Source of the DNA: Rhizophagus irregularis
Taxonomy: Eukaryota
Reading direction: 5' to 3'
NCBI RefSeq assembly: GCF_026210795.1
Contig: NC_089430.1
Location: forward strand, 4,216,001-4,280,000
DNA length: 64,000 nucleotides
Made by a program: the position numbers and the translations under genes. Positions within the stretch are counted from its first letter, which is position 1. Each line of letters starts with the position of its first letter. Shown piece by piece: positions 1 through 12,800 of the stretch. The notes under the pieces were generated by a model, which saw only the letters and a list, made by a program, of their open reading frames with translations, did no database searches and was not told the origin of the DNA.

Positions 1-1197
1 GGCCATATTTTAGGAATTATAGGTTAAATTTTACAGTAATAACAGGCAATTTATAAAGTGAAATTATGAATTTTTATTGACTTAAAATATAAAAAATATA
101 CACAATATTTCATAAATAAAATACTAAATTTGATATAATCATAAATATAAAAATTTGTAAGAAAATAAAATAAAATAAAGTATGTTAATAACATGAAAGT
201 AAATTAGTAGTATCAAAGAAGAAAGTAAATTATTAGTGTAAGTAAATTATTAGTATTAAATAAATAAAAAAGTATGAAGTTAGTGAAGAAAGCAAATTAG
301 TAGTGTTAAAAAGTAAATTATTAGTGTTAGTAATAAACAAGTATGAAGTTAGTGAAGAAAGCAAATTAGTGTGTTAAAAAGTAAATTATTAGTGTTAGTA
401 ATAAAAAAAAAGTATGAAGTTAGTGAAGAAAGCAAGTTAGTAACATTAAAATGTAAAAAGTTAGGAAAATAAAAAGATAAAGAACACAAGTTTTTCTTAC
501 CTAAAAGAAAGTTGAAGAAAAGTTAAAAGGTTAAAAAACATAAACAAAAACATTTCGCGTCATCATATTAATTTTGACGATCAGATCACGTGATCAACAT
601 ATATAATTTAAGAGTTAATTTTTACCGCATAATTCTGGCCAAATTATAATTCCAGTCAGAACTAATTGTGTAACCTAATAAAAAGTTTTTGACTTTTTTT
701 TAGTTACAAGATGATACAAAAATTTCACCAATGGGTCCGAAAGATGCCCGTTTATAAGCAAATATGCAGTTGAAATTTGTGTAACCTTACTGCATAAATC
801 ACTTTACTTATTTATAATGGTTAAAAGTGGTCTATTTGACCCTAAAAGTGGTCAAATGTAACCATACAGGTAAGATGGAAAGTAGTATAGTAGGATTACT
901 CAAAAATTGCTTTCTGTATCCTAAATTTAAGTCTATTTTCAAGTTGTACAATAATCACAATTTTTATTGTACAAAAATTGAATGTTTTCTGTATCCTAAA
1001 TTTAAGTTGTATAAAGATCACACAAAAATTGAACATTTTCAATATTCTAAATTTAAGTTGTACAAAAATTGCATACTTTTAATATGCTTTGAAAAACTTC
1101 ATAGCTATTTTTATCCAAAAATCTGCAATAATTGTACAATTTCCACACGGACTTGAACAAATATCATACAAAAATTGGATGATTTTTTTTCATAGGG
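1..1197. mobile_element. Non-autonomous CACTA/EnSpm-like element, partial (left end outside the window); near-identical to 28573-29790
   Basis: 1-1197 aligns almost base for base with 28573-29790 and ends in the same right TIR, TTTTTTCATAGGG. Confidence 0.85.
272..440. repeat. ~69-bp tandem repeat (about 2.5 units) inside the CACTA-like element
   Basis: Repeated unit gtatgaagttagtgaagaaagcaaattagt(a)gtgttaaaaagtaaattattagtgttagtaataaa; the same array occurs at ~28848-29020. Confidence 0.85.
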
Positions 1198-2111
1198 AAA
1201 CATAGGTTCAGTTTCTGGGATCGGACATCCGACATGGCGTCATCAAACGTAGAAGTATATAGTCCTTCATTAAACTTTAGACTAAAAATAAAATTTTTTT
1301 TATTTTCTGATTTAAAACTGCGGTTAACACATAATACAAAAAATGTCATGGCATTCATATTATTTCATAGTCATGACAAGATATAAGTAATACAATATTG
1401 TATGACTTTTTTAAATCATTTTTTAAAAATATTTAAAAAGTTCGGAAAAATAATTAAAACTTTTTTTTTAAAAAGAATAATTTTTTGATAATTTGGCAAA
1501 TGAAACGCACTTAGATCAAATTACTAAACTATCAAAGATTTTCATTTTTAATACTAGTAAATGACTGCCGCAATTTATCGAGTTTTTTTTTGAAACCAAT
1601 TCAAAATATATGAAAATGATGATGATCTTATAAAATGAGTAAAATTCTCTAACTTTCCTAATAACCCTATTCCTAACAACACTAATCCTAAGCCCTATAA
1701 ATTTTGCTGCGCCACCAAGAATGAACTAGTATTGTTAATATCAGTTCTTTTATTGTTTATTAATATAAACAAAAGATTATTTAGGGTAAGCAGAAGGTAT
1801 ATAGGTATAAGTAATATGACGATAATTAATGCAAGGTTAATAAACAAAATAATATCAATTGACCAAATTTACTTCAAATCCGATCAGATGTGAATAAAGT
1901 ATTGCACTCCCAAATGGCAAATACGATCAGACACAACAATAAAAATCAATAGGTTAGGTGTATATGACAATAATTAACAACGAGATAACCAAAGATATAA
2001 ATAATAAAAAGTGTTTTTATTTAATATCGGTAAATATCTTATTGACTGGATACCTATCTTAAATACATCGAAAAATAACGCATCTATTTATATGTAAAAA
2101 CACTAAGCTAA

Positions 2112-2215
2112 AAATGTTTAAAATGTTTGATATGTTTAATATGTGCGATATATTTAATATGTGCAATATAGCTAATATATTTGATATATTTGATATATCA
2201 AACATTTCGAACATT
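2112..2215. repeat. Degenerate 9-bp tandem repeat
   Basis: Units such as aaatgttta / gatatgttt / aatatgtgc / gatatattt in series. Confidence 0.55.
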
Positions 2216-4182
2216 GATCCTCCCGTTATATGACGTTGATTAATATTAATCGTCCCGATAAATTACCATCGATCAACAGTTATATCACGTGATTTCGTCA
2301 CATCGTAACAGTATTTATATCTTTGATATATAATTAATAATTATTTGTTTGCAATATAGATCCTTATTAATCGGAACTTTAATCGATTTTTCAAAATTAT
2401 TCATTTATTTTTTTTTTATTATCATGCATTTACTATTTGCCGATTTAGTGTAGTTAACTTTTTCAATTTCATATGTGCTAAAATTGGCATTTGATTTATT
2501 TACTGATACGGAAGAAAAAAATATTTTATAACACTTAAAAATTCTATTGTTACTTTTTTTTATGCATAGAATTAAAAATACATTTGCTTATCTATGTAAA
2601 ATGTAAATGTATCACAGTTTTCGAATCTTTGAATAATAGAATTTTTACAATTATTTAGTCATTTCGGGGAATCGAATTATTGTACGTACCGCTTTTGGTA
2701 AGACTCTAAATCATATCTGACGCACATTGTCGATCCGAATAGGAATTGACTAAATGACTTGATATACTGTACATCAATCAGATTTTTATGAATTTCTATT
2801 AAAGAAGTGATTTTCTTTATTAGGTAAATTTTATAAAAAAAAAAATTATAGATTTTACGTTCCAAAATTCTTAAATTTGAAACTTCGGAACAAGTTTTTG
2901 TGTTTATTTGAATTGTACAAATTATTTACTATTATAAATTATATTACAATATATCGGACATGTATCCGTTAACTTATTATGTTCTATTGTGTTTAACTCT
3001 TATAGTATAGTGGAAAGTAGTCCAATTAAACAAATTAATCATTTTTTACAATTTTTTTTTTTTTTAAAAAAAAACACGTATATTTATTGGAAAACTGAAA
3101 ATTTGTATGATAAATCTGATATAATTAAAAAAAAACTTTTTAATTTTTGTAAGTTCTAAAATTGGTAAGGTTAATGTTTGTTTGTTGTACTTCGTTATTG
3201 GCGCTTCGTAATAAGATAAACAATCGTGTTCTTGCATCAGGGTTCAGGACCCAGATAACGGATGATCGACAAATCAAATTTTCATACTGTATATTCCTTA
3301 TTGAAACGACCGAATTCGCAGTTAACCGCAAATGATTTTTTACGATAGTGTAACAATTACTGTATAACTAATTAGTATACGAATTTTGATTATAGGAAAC
3401 TTGTCACATAATTTATCACAAAATTTGCTGTTTTCAAAAAATTTATTTTTTGAATTTTGATACAAGATAGGAAAATATTACAATAATAAAACTTCAGAAT
3501 TTGTATACGATTTAAAAATAAAAAAAAAACATCCCGCAAGTTTGGCGTATTATTTGTTTGTTCTCGTTATTATCAACTTGATAAAATATTCTCACATTTT
3601 TTTGTATACTTGTTAATTAACTGAGAATTCCTGTCTTTTTTTTTTAATAAGTAAATTACTTTTAATACTTGATATATTTAAAAGCATCATTAAAACATGT
3701 GTAAATCAAATATTTTAATTTTACAGGTTTCTGGCTACTAAATTAACGGTAGACGATCGTCTTTGAGCTGCCTTATAGATTCTCTATTTATATTTTCTAA
3801 AATGAGTAGTTTGTACTATGTGATTTCTAATTATCAATTTCGATAATGGTAATGAAAAGAATAAAACTTTGGATGAATAGAAACTTGTGATAAGTTTGAA
3901 ATGTTGTCCTACAACAATTATTTCACTTGATCGATAAATAACATTGTAAACATTACACAGATTCGTCAGATTTGTCAGATTTCCCATTAGCGTTATTAAA
4001 AAAGTAATTTTGTTCATTCGTGTTTGTTGCACCTACCTACTACAGATAATAAGAATTTTTCAAACTATATCCGGATTCGAATATATAAAAAGATGCATTC
4101 TTCGTATTCTCGCCAAAAAAAAAAATAAAAAAAATTATAATTATTTGTCCCTTTAATTAATTTGTCCTTTCTAAAAAAAAAA

Positions 4183-5784
4183 ATGGATATAAATTATGGA
4201 AAACAAGTGTTCGATAATTATTTTGTTCAAGCTGTAACTATTCTTACTATATTTCTTGTAAACGGAAAAGGTCAATTCTATGAATTTTTTGATGACACTT
4301 TTATATTTTTATCAATTTTATTACCTACTGTTTTACGATTTTTTTTAACGGATCATCTATTTTGGGGTTTGTTTATAACCATATTGGGGTTGATATTAGT
4401 TTATCTTTTGTATCAATTTCATTACACACCGCCGCCTAAAAGTAACTATGAAAACGAAAAAAATAAAACATACAAGTTTTTCAGAGCTTTCCTTAGATGG
4501 TTTGTTAGACATTCTTCGCTATTCCCTTTTTATATAACTATATATATCTTCTACCTTCCCCTTTCAGTTGAAGTCCATGATGATCCATCAAAAAAAATTG
4601 TTTCACCTTTTGAGTCCCCTGAATATATTAATTCATTTTGTTTAACCAAGTCCAATGTTATTGGTTGTAAAATTTCTTATTATATAAGACTTTATATTGT
4701 GTGGTTCTCCATCTTCATTTGTTTAATAGATTTTGGTTTGGGTTACGCTTTTAAAAAAAAGAATATGTACTTTCCATTAAAATATTTATCTCTTATTCGC
4801 TTTATTTGGTTTGTTGTCCTTAGTTTGACGCCTGGAGTTGTGTTTGGAATTCTTCTTTCGGATGAAAATTACTACTTGTATAAAATTTCTTCAGGTCTTC
4901 CAATATCTGCTTGTGTGTCAATTGTTAGGCATTATGTAGGAAAGGATGTGCATACTTTTTTTTCACATTATATTAACCTTCACCGAATGTTCAAAATGAG
5001 TATTGATAACTTGGTCAACGTAGAAGTAGCTATGATTCAAGTTGACGAAAAAAGAAAATGTGACTCAAAAGAAATAGAAAAAATAAGAAAAAACAAGATG
5101 GAAGACAATTGCAAGAAACATAAAAAAGGGAGCCGAGCGTGGGTTAGAAAAAATATCAATATTACTTCAACATGCATACTTCAAATCACTGAAAAACTCA
5201 AACAAAAGCTCATTTCAGAGCACATGATTGATAAGGAGCTAGATGATATTGAAAAAGAAGTGAAACAAGAAAAAGTTTTATCGGGTTACAAAAATGTTAA
5301 TTCACAATTCAAAAAAGCAATAACCAAAAGACTCGAAAAGAATATTGGTTCGAATCTTAAGGATGAAATTAATTCGAATCTCTCGCAAATAATTTATTCG
5401 AATTATGAAAAATTTATATCGAAGAATCCCAAAACTGAAAAAGATGGAAAATTTAACTCGAATGATAATAGCTTGAATCCCGAAACTGAAGAAGATGAAA
5501 AATTTAACTCGAATGATAATAACGAAACTGATGATCATAGCTTAATTAGATCGACACTAACGAATGTCAAACAAAAAGTCACGAAATTATTCCAAAATTT
5601 TGAAGATGATATGGAAGGTTGTGGAATATACCAAATATTATCGGAAGAAGATAAAGATGACATCGGAAGAAATTCCTCCAACATAGGTAATATCAAAGCT
5701 TATTTAAAAAATCATGAAGAATTGCTTGAAAGTTCTAACAAATCAAGTAGGGAGGAATTAAGCGAAATTAAGTGTGATTGTTAG
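4183..5784 (+). CDS. Intronless orphan membrane protein (533 aa): several N-terminal hydrophobic helices and a charged/coiled C-terminal half
   Basis: Long open ORF in very AT-rich DNA; ATG at 4183 after an A-run; hydrophobic segments in aa ~10-260; 51-bp in-frame duplication at 5425-5520 (NPKTEKDGKFNSNDN / NPETEEDEKFNSNDN). Confidence 0.8.
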   Translation: MDINYGKQVFDNYFVQAVTILTIFLVNGKGQFYEFFDDTFIFLSILLPTVLRFFLTDHLFWGLFITILGLILVYLLYQFHYTPPPKSNYENEKNKTYKFFRAFLRWFVRHSSLFPFYITIYIFYLPLSVEVHDDPSKKIVSPFESPEYINSFCLTKSNVIGCKISYYIRLYIVWFSIFICLIDFGLGYAFKKKNMYFPLKYLSLIRFIWFVVLSLTPGVVFGILLSDENYYLYKISSGLPISACVSIVRHYVGKDVHTFFSHYINLHRMFKMSIDNLVNVEVAMIQVDEKRKCDSKEIEKIRKNKMEDNCKKHKKGSRAWVRKNINITSTCILQITEKLKQKLISEHMIDKELDDIEKEVKQEKVLSGYKNVNSQFKKAITKRLEKNIGSNLKDEINSNLSQIIYSNYEKFISKNPKTEKDGKFNSNDNSLNPETEEDEKFNSNDNNETDDHSLIRSTLTNVKQKVTKLFQNFEDDMEGCGIYQILSEEDKDDIGRNSSNIGNIKAYLKNHEELLESSNKSSREELSEIKCDC

Positions 5785-7516
5785 AAATCGTGTAATATTA
5801 CGCTTTCATAATCGCATTTTCTTTTTTTTTCTTACTTTCTTTCCTTATAATTCTTTAATCGACCCTTTTGTACATTAATGTTAGTGATACAATAGTTATT
5901 AAATTTTTTTGATTATCCTTAAATTCTTATATTTTATTGGTAACTCAACGAATTTATTGTTAAATATTCAAATAAAATCCATTTACCAAAAAGAAGGAAT
6001 TTCTAACGCTCCTTTTTACACAATTTTATAACATTTTGAAATTTGACTGATACGTAGCGTAATAAACAATTTTTTTATTTTAATCACGAGCTATGATTCA
6101 TTTTATTTATTAGTACGAAAGTTAAGGACGTATATCATGTCACTAAAAAATATAGGTGTAACAATGCGACGGGAATGTAAACTTAGGTAAATTTGTGAAA
6201 ATATGCGGAAGCTTTTGTAAATTTCTTAAGAAAATTTACGTGAACTTGTATAAACTAAAAATCATTTTAAAATTAGAGTATTAACACATTCATTTATTGT
6301 AAATAAGTTTTAATGGCACGAAATTGATAAATAATTGGACAATAATCTATGTAAGAAAATTCATAATATACAGCCGTTTTTAAAAGGTGCGACCCAATTA
6401 CGGTCGGTCAATTACGTGATAATATAAATTTGTAATTTTGCCTGCATCATAAGTTTGTCCTGAATTATATAGCAGTATAAATGACAAATTTCCTGTCATT
6501 TGATCTTTACTGGGAATCTGCATGAAAATTCCGCACCTCAAGTTTCTTCGAGATCTTTTGATCGTATTAGTGAATCCAGAATTATTAGATAAATATGCAG
6601 TGTTTATAGAGATAATAGTTTAAAACAAAATTTTTACACGTCAATGTATTACACTTCGAGACAACACGAGTCATGCAAGAAGGAATTAACAAAGGTAAAA
6701 GATAATAAGGACGATAACATTAAAACTTATTACTGCTTCAACGAGTCGGATTAGGTTTTATTTGACTTACCTGAATGCAAATTACCTCTCGCACATCGTA
6801 TTAATAATTTCCTGAAAATGAAATAAAATTTTTTAATCCGCTAAACTACTAATTTTATCTTATTATAGAACTAAAATTAACGGAAGAAATGGTTAGATAT
6901 CTAGGCAAATGGTTTTGGTTGTCACTATGTGTCACAACTCTCCAATAGTTAATGTTGCGCAAAATAATTTAGATTATAATATTTATGTCCCGTTCTCTTT
7001 GAGACAATCATTCTCTTTATCCGCCTTATTATTAAAATGGTGTAGCTAATCGCCAGTACCTATTCACTTAAATGTATTTAAATATAAATATTTTAGAAGA
7101 CAAATTATATATTTAAGTTTGCAAATATTAATGAATAAAAATTTAGACATATTAAAATATTTTTATTACTATGCTCTTCTCGTATTTGTACTGTTTAGAA
7201 AAAAAAGTAGTAACTCTAAAGATTCTTTGGAAGCTTTATTTATATTCGAGCATAGGTTATGATAAATAAATTCATGATCGGTAATCATAAGTTCAACAAC
7301 ACAAATCAGCAGTCCACCTGCACCACATAATAACAACAAACCATGCGTAGTTTTCTTGAATCTTGATTTCCAGAAAATAAAACCAATTGTTATTTATTGT
7401 GTGAAAACTTAAATGTCCTTAAGATTTTTGAATGTATAGTATGTTGTCCTATACAAATTTATTATTATTGTTATTGCGGTATTAATTTATCTAGAAACTT
7501 CGGTGTTGCTGTAGTG

Positions 7517-7737
7517 CAGTGTTGGCATTTGGCCGCGGCCAAGAATTTTTTTGGCCGATTTGGCCGGCCAAAATGGCAAAACGGTCAATGGCCAACCCCG
7601 GGCAAATTTTGGCCAAATAACAAAATACTAATACTTTATTAAGGCTGTATTGGCATTTGGCCGTGGCCAAAGATTTTTTTGGCCAGTTTGGCCGGCCAAA
7701 TGGCCAATCCTGGCCAATCGGCCAAGTGCCAACACTG
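7517..7737. mobile_element. hAT-like MITE (221 bp)
   Basis: TIR CAGTGTTGGCA...TGCCAACACTG; 8-bp TSD CTGTAGTG at 7509-7516 and 7738-7745; many subterminal TGGCC motifs. Confidence 0.9.
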
Positions 7738-9734
7738 CTGTAGTGTATAAATATGAGCTATAACTTATGAGACAAAAAAAATTGAATAGACCGTACATTG
7801 AATATTTTTTGGATAAGATATCGTTGCTGTCTTAGCCAAGTAAGTCTACTTGTGACTTTAACCAATTTAATTAAACCAATATAATTACAATACGCCAATA
7901 TAATATTGAAAATTCTATCAATTATTTTATACAATTAATAACTAGTATATACAATTTGCCGGTGGAACTTTGTCTCCAAGCCTAGTGGACATTTTTTTTT
8001 ATCAAAAAAATTAAAAATTTTTTTTTTTAGAAAAGAAAATAAAAATGTTTTAAGAAATATTTTTTTCATTTTATTATTAGAAAAATAAAAAAAATTTTTT
8101 TTTCGTTTATTATTAAGAAATATTGTTTTTCATTTTTTTGTTTTTATATATTAGTCGTATTATTGTATATGTAAGGTATAGTACAACCAATTAAATTACA
8201 AATATTAGATCACATGACTTTTATTAAGAGTAACGTAAAATTTTTGCTAACCCTAAAATATTAAGTCGGGCGGGGATTATGCACCGTTCCGCAGAATTTT
8301 TTTTCTGAAAGGTGGGTCCCGATTCGTTGTTGTTTGGGATAGGTATTATAGCTCATTCTTTAATAGCCAGTATAGCCGCTTCTGTATCTATTAAATAGTT
8401 TAGCTAGAATAACCACACTTCTTAAAGTAAAATAAATAAAATAAAAATAAAAAAATATTACGTAATGAAAAAAGCGTTGAGTTTTATATGAAAACTAAAT
8501 GTATCAAATTCAAAATTTATAAAATAATTAAAAAAAACTTGATATTAATATCGATAACCCGACATAAGAATGTATATCTATCTTGTCTGTTAATAGTTTC
8601 TGCTTTTCGTGTTTTATAATTAATTTAACTGGTTTAAGAATAGTGTTAGGTGCAATTACAAAAAAGTATAAGTGCTTACTGTATGGTATTAGTGATTTGT
8701 TATATTGCATCACAATTACATCCATCACAGTTCTTTTTCGTAATATCCGTAGCAGAAAATAAATCTTATAGAAATTTTTTGTTATAAATTATGTAAAATT
8801 TATGGATTTGAAAAAAAAGGTCGTAAGGAAAATTTGAAGAAATTTTAGAAGTCTTTTGAATTATTTTACATTTGTAATTTATGTCAATTTATTTTTATTA
8901 ACCAAGTATAAATTAAACAGGCCAACTACCGATTGACTTTAACAATCTCTTTTCCTAATAAAGATCCTTATAAAAAAAAATTCTCGTTTATCATTGCCAA
9001 AAAAAATATTTATAATTTTCGTTAATATCGAATTAAACCAGTGATGTTACGAATTACTTGAAATGACAATTGAACGTCATTCGACTCTGTATTACGCTAT
9101 TACGCAATGAAATCATTATATGAACGGAAAATATTTCTTAAATAAATCATTATAATTTCTTAGATCACACTATATTATTATTTTATACGATTGAAATTAA
9201 TACATTTACCATAAGTAGTTACTTTTTTTTTTTTAACAAAAACATTAATATAAAGAAAAATATAGGAAAATTTTAATTAAATTTTCAAAAAAATTAATAA
9301 TCTTTGCCCATCTCACAAAAGATCATCTTTTCGTTATTATAACCTTTGCTCATCTCATAAAAGATCGTCTTTCTGTTATTATTCATTTGGGATTATCATT
9401 TTAACTACTAACCAAAAATTTATGAAAAAAACATGAAAAAATTACAAAGAATTCAAATGTCAGTTCAAAACGATATTCGATTTTACCAATTATAAAAATG
9501 GTAAATACCAAATGTATCTATATATCATAAAATGGTCAGATGGTCAAGAAGTCAGTCATTTCCGAATTACTGCGTTAAAAGCTTTGTTGATCATACTTTT
9601 TCTCAGCAAAAGTATTTAAGCGACCTTTTATCTTTAGATTTGTGGTTTATATTCCTATATTTCCTTCACAACCATTTTACATTTTACATTTTATATATAT
9701 ATATAAAAAAATAAAATATTTACAAGAGAATAAA

Positions 9735-11850
9735 ATGGTATGTTCAAATTTATTATCATATTTGTTTTGGATAAAAAATTTTTTTTTTGTTAGTAGCAAA
9801 TTATGATAATCTTAAAACGTCTTGATAATTTAATAGAATCTTCTTACGAAAAAAGACGAATATTTTATAAATTTCATAAATGAACAAAATGTTGGTCAAA
9901 AAAAATTTTTTTTTTTTTACCGTATTTTAATATATAAAAAAAATATTTAAATCATACTTTTTGTTCCTCGTAGGTTACCGAAAGCATAGAAGATTTAACC
10001 CAGAAAAACGAATATGATAATGCGGTTGTCAGCTGGTTATGCCAATGCTCAAATATTAAAAAGACAAAAACTTATTCTCCGGAATCATTTAGAGAATATC
10101 TAGAGAAAAATCCAAACAATTTTTTAATGTTGTGTCTTAGTTGTAACGAACTTTGTCCGATCTTTAATGTACGATAAGCATGTTCGTGTTATGTAACAAC
10201 TAACGTTAATTAACAATTTTGGTAATTAATAATTTTATTATTCAATAGATTTCCTTACGTACATTATTTTATGAACCACAGACGGAATATTTTATAAATT
10301 TTGGGAATGAAAATGTTAAGTCAAATTTAATAAATTTTTTTGGAGTTTTTAAAAATGTAAAAAACATAAAATTTTTAATATTTGTTAATTGTAGGTTTAC
10401 CTAATCATCTATTACCTAAAATTTCTATTCCGTGATGGTAGATGTAGATACAAAGTGTGTGGCATTTGGGCGTGTCAATCATGTGAATATTCGAATGAAC
10501 GAGAAACAACCTTTAACGTTGGGATGAAAAGTTTTAAAAGTTATTTGGAAAAAGCAAATGATTTTTTTTGGGAAAAGTGTTTAAAATGTCGCAATAAATG
10601 TCAAATCTCGAGTTTTCATCTGTTGAAGAAAAAATCATCCAAATTTGAGGAATTGTGCTCGGTTTGTATTATTTCATTTTATATTTCATATATTAGTAAT
10701 CAAATGTACTGTATTTATTCTCTCTTTCGAAAATGTAACATAGATTACTGAAATCGTCCGTAATTTGATCGATAATAATAAGTATCAAATTTATGGTTAT
10801 TGGCTTTGTCGATTATGGAAATGTCGTCACGAATTACAATGTAAATCGGGTTTTAATTGTCGATACAAATGGTATTCTCAACATAAATGGCAATGCCAAC
10901 ATGAACCTAAGTGTAATGGTCCATGGAGTATGTTCCAATGTAGAAACAAAGAGTGTAAATGTTTGGTGAAACGTGATTGGAAATGTAAAGATTTAAGGCT
11001 AAATGGAATTGAATTACATTGTGAGAAAAATTTTTGTAGATGTAAACAATACCACGATTCGAAATGTAAAGATAATTGGCTAAATAAAAACAAGTGGCAA
11101 TGTCAACATGTTCAAAAATGTAAAACCGAACGGGAATGTAAACGTGATTGGCTATGTTTAAATGAATTGAAAAGTGAAAAATATACTCAAGAACTTCTCA
11201 AAAAACACCTAAAGAAATCACCAAGTGAACAGTACGAGTTTTTCAGAAAGGACTGTAAGGAATGCGGGAAAAGTGGTCAGATCTCAAGTTTTCAATTGTA
11301 TACACCACAGGAAAATGCTTTATATGTAGGTTAAATTAATTTTTAATTATTTTTTAGTTTCCACAAATTTTCATTAATTATAATTTATCTTAATCAGGAA
11401 GATGAGAGTGAAGGAAGTAAAAATCCAAGTTTAGCTCCAATTCCTGCTGTAGATATCTGTTCACCGTTAGAATCAACATCATTACCAGCAGGAAGATTGA
11501 CAGAAATTCAAACTCAAACCCCAACCGTCGAGATCGTTTGCCATTTAGTATGGAATAATCATTACAGAGTGTTTGGAGAGTGGATGTGTAGAAATCATTG
11601 CTATAGAACTTGGCCAAGTTCTTATACTTGGATAAAACTCCATAAGTTTATAGATAAATTTTCGGTAGAGAATTTGAATCGAAATGATTTTTACATGCAA
11701 AGTTGCAAAAAATGCGAGCAGCCTGGAAATAGACTATTGAAATACGAACATCTAAAGGAAGCGGAGGAGATCAGCCATCATAAACGATATTTATGTAAAA
11801 AATGTCGGTACGGTGAGATTTGTCATAAAACTGGCGATTACTTCTGCTAA
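9735..11850 (+). CDS. Tandem 3CxxC (ZAR1/RTP-like) zinc-binding domain protein, ~539 aa, 7 exons
   Basis: Exons 9735-9737 (ATG only), 9837-9890, 9974-10168, 10249-10314, 10395-10661, 10744-11325 and 11398-11850, all GT-AG and phase 0, splice into one open frame. The C-terminal YRVFGEWMCRNHC..WPSSYTW..QSCKKC..HKRYLCKKC matches the zf-3CxxC pattern; three partial modules lie upstream. Confidence 0.8.
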
Positions 11851-12574
11851 ATTAATGTGTATTATCGTTATGGTACGTTCAAGAATAATAAGTCGAGAAC
11901 TTTTTCGGAATTCTAAGTATTGTAACTTAATTGTACCTTATAATATTATTTTTCTTTTAAATTATTTATGTATCATTTTATCCAATAAAATTTTTATTAT
12001 ATTTTATTTTTATTTTTATTTTTATTATCTTTATTTACCTTATTTTCTAATACCTTTTTTTTTTTAAACAAAAAAAAACAAATAATTTTGAAAAAATCCG
12101 TCAAAACCTTGATTTTTTTTTTTGAATAAAGATTTATAATTCGTTTTCTGCAAAACATTTTATATACAGATAAATATTTTAAAAATTATAAATCTATAAA
12201 AGGACAAGACGGACAAGACGGTGAGTTCATACAATGTCGCGATGATTCGATTGATTCGTCCATGTGCGTGGCGCAGCAAAATTTGATTATATGGTTAGGA
12301 AGTTCCTATCGCCTCGATAAATCAAGGTGGTTATCTGCTATTAAAAATGAAAAAGTTTTCTCCGGTGGTCAGTAATTTTTAGCTAGCAAAAGTCTTAAGT
12401 TCATTTGCCAAATTATTAAAAAAATAAAAAGTTTGACGTTAATTATTTCAAAATTAAGCTCCGGATTTTTAAAAACCTATAACATCAATTACGAAAAAAC
12501 GAAAGACGAAATCATTAATAATAATAATAATAAAAATCACATGATATAGTATTTATAACTATGGATGAGCTTAT

Positions 12575-12800
12575 TTTCTGGTTAACCGGTTAAGGGTTAA
12601 TCGGTTAAGACCAAAATCATGGTCAGACTAAGTATATAGCTTTCCCAAACTTAAAAGTTTTAATTCCTTCATTAATATGCTAAAAGTATTAATCTTCCCA
12701 ACAGATAAATATGTGAATAAAATCAAAAATCGGTACAATTTGCTACCAAAAAAATTTCTAAAAAATTGTTTTAATAATAACTGGTTAATTAACCGTATAC
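12575..12800. repeat. Probable degenerate MITE with GGTTAA/TTAACC subterminal motifs
   Basis: Clusters ggttaaccggttaagggttaatcggttaa and ctggttaattaaccg; no clear TIR or TSD. Confidence 0.3.

Noticed and set aside
272..440. CRISPR-like or telomeric array (also 31764-31885, 35030-35375)
   Set aside because: No unique spacers and no cas genes; eukaryotic context; the arrays are TE-internal.
827..1156. 109-aa ORF (and 29537-29749, 28925-29149)
   Set aside because: It lies in the subterminal repeats of the CACTA-like element; the frame is not preserved between copies and has no protein motifs.
7397..7642. 81-aa ORF
   Set aside because: It runs through the hAT-like MITE.
7950..8410. Possible transposon (GC patches, CTAG near 8405)
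   Set aside because: No TIR, TSD or convincing hairpin could be fixed.
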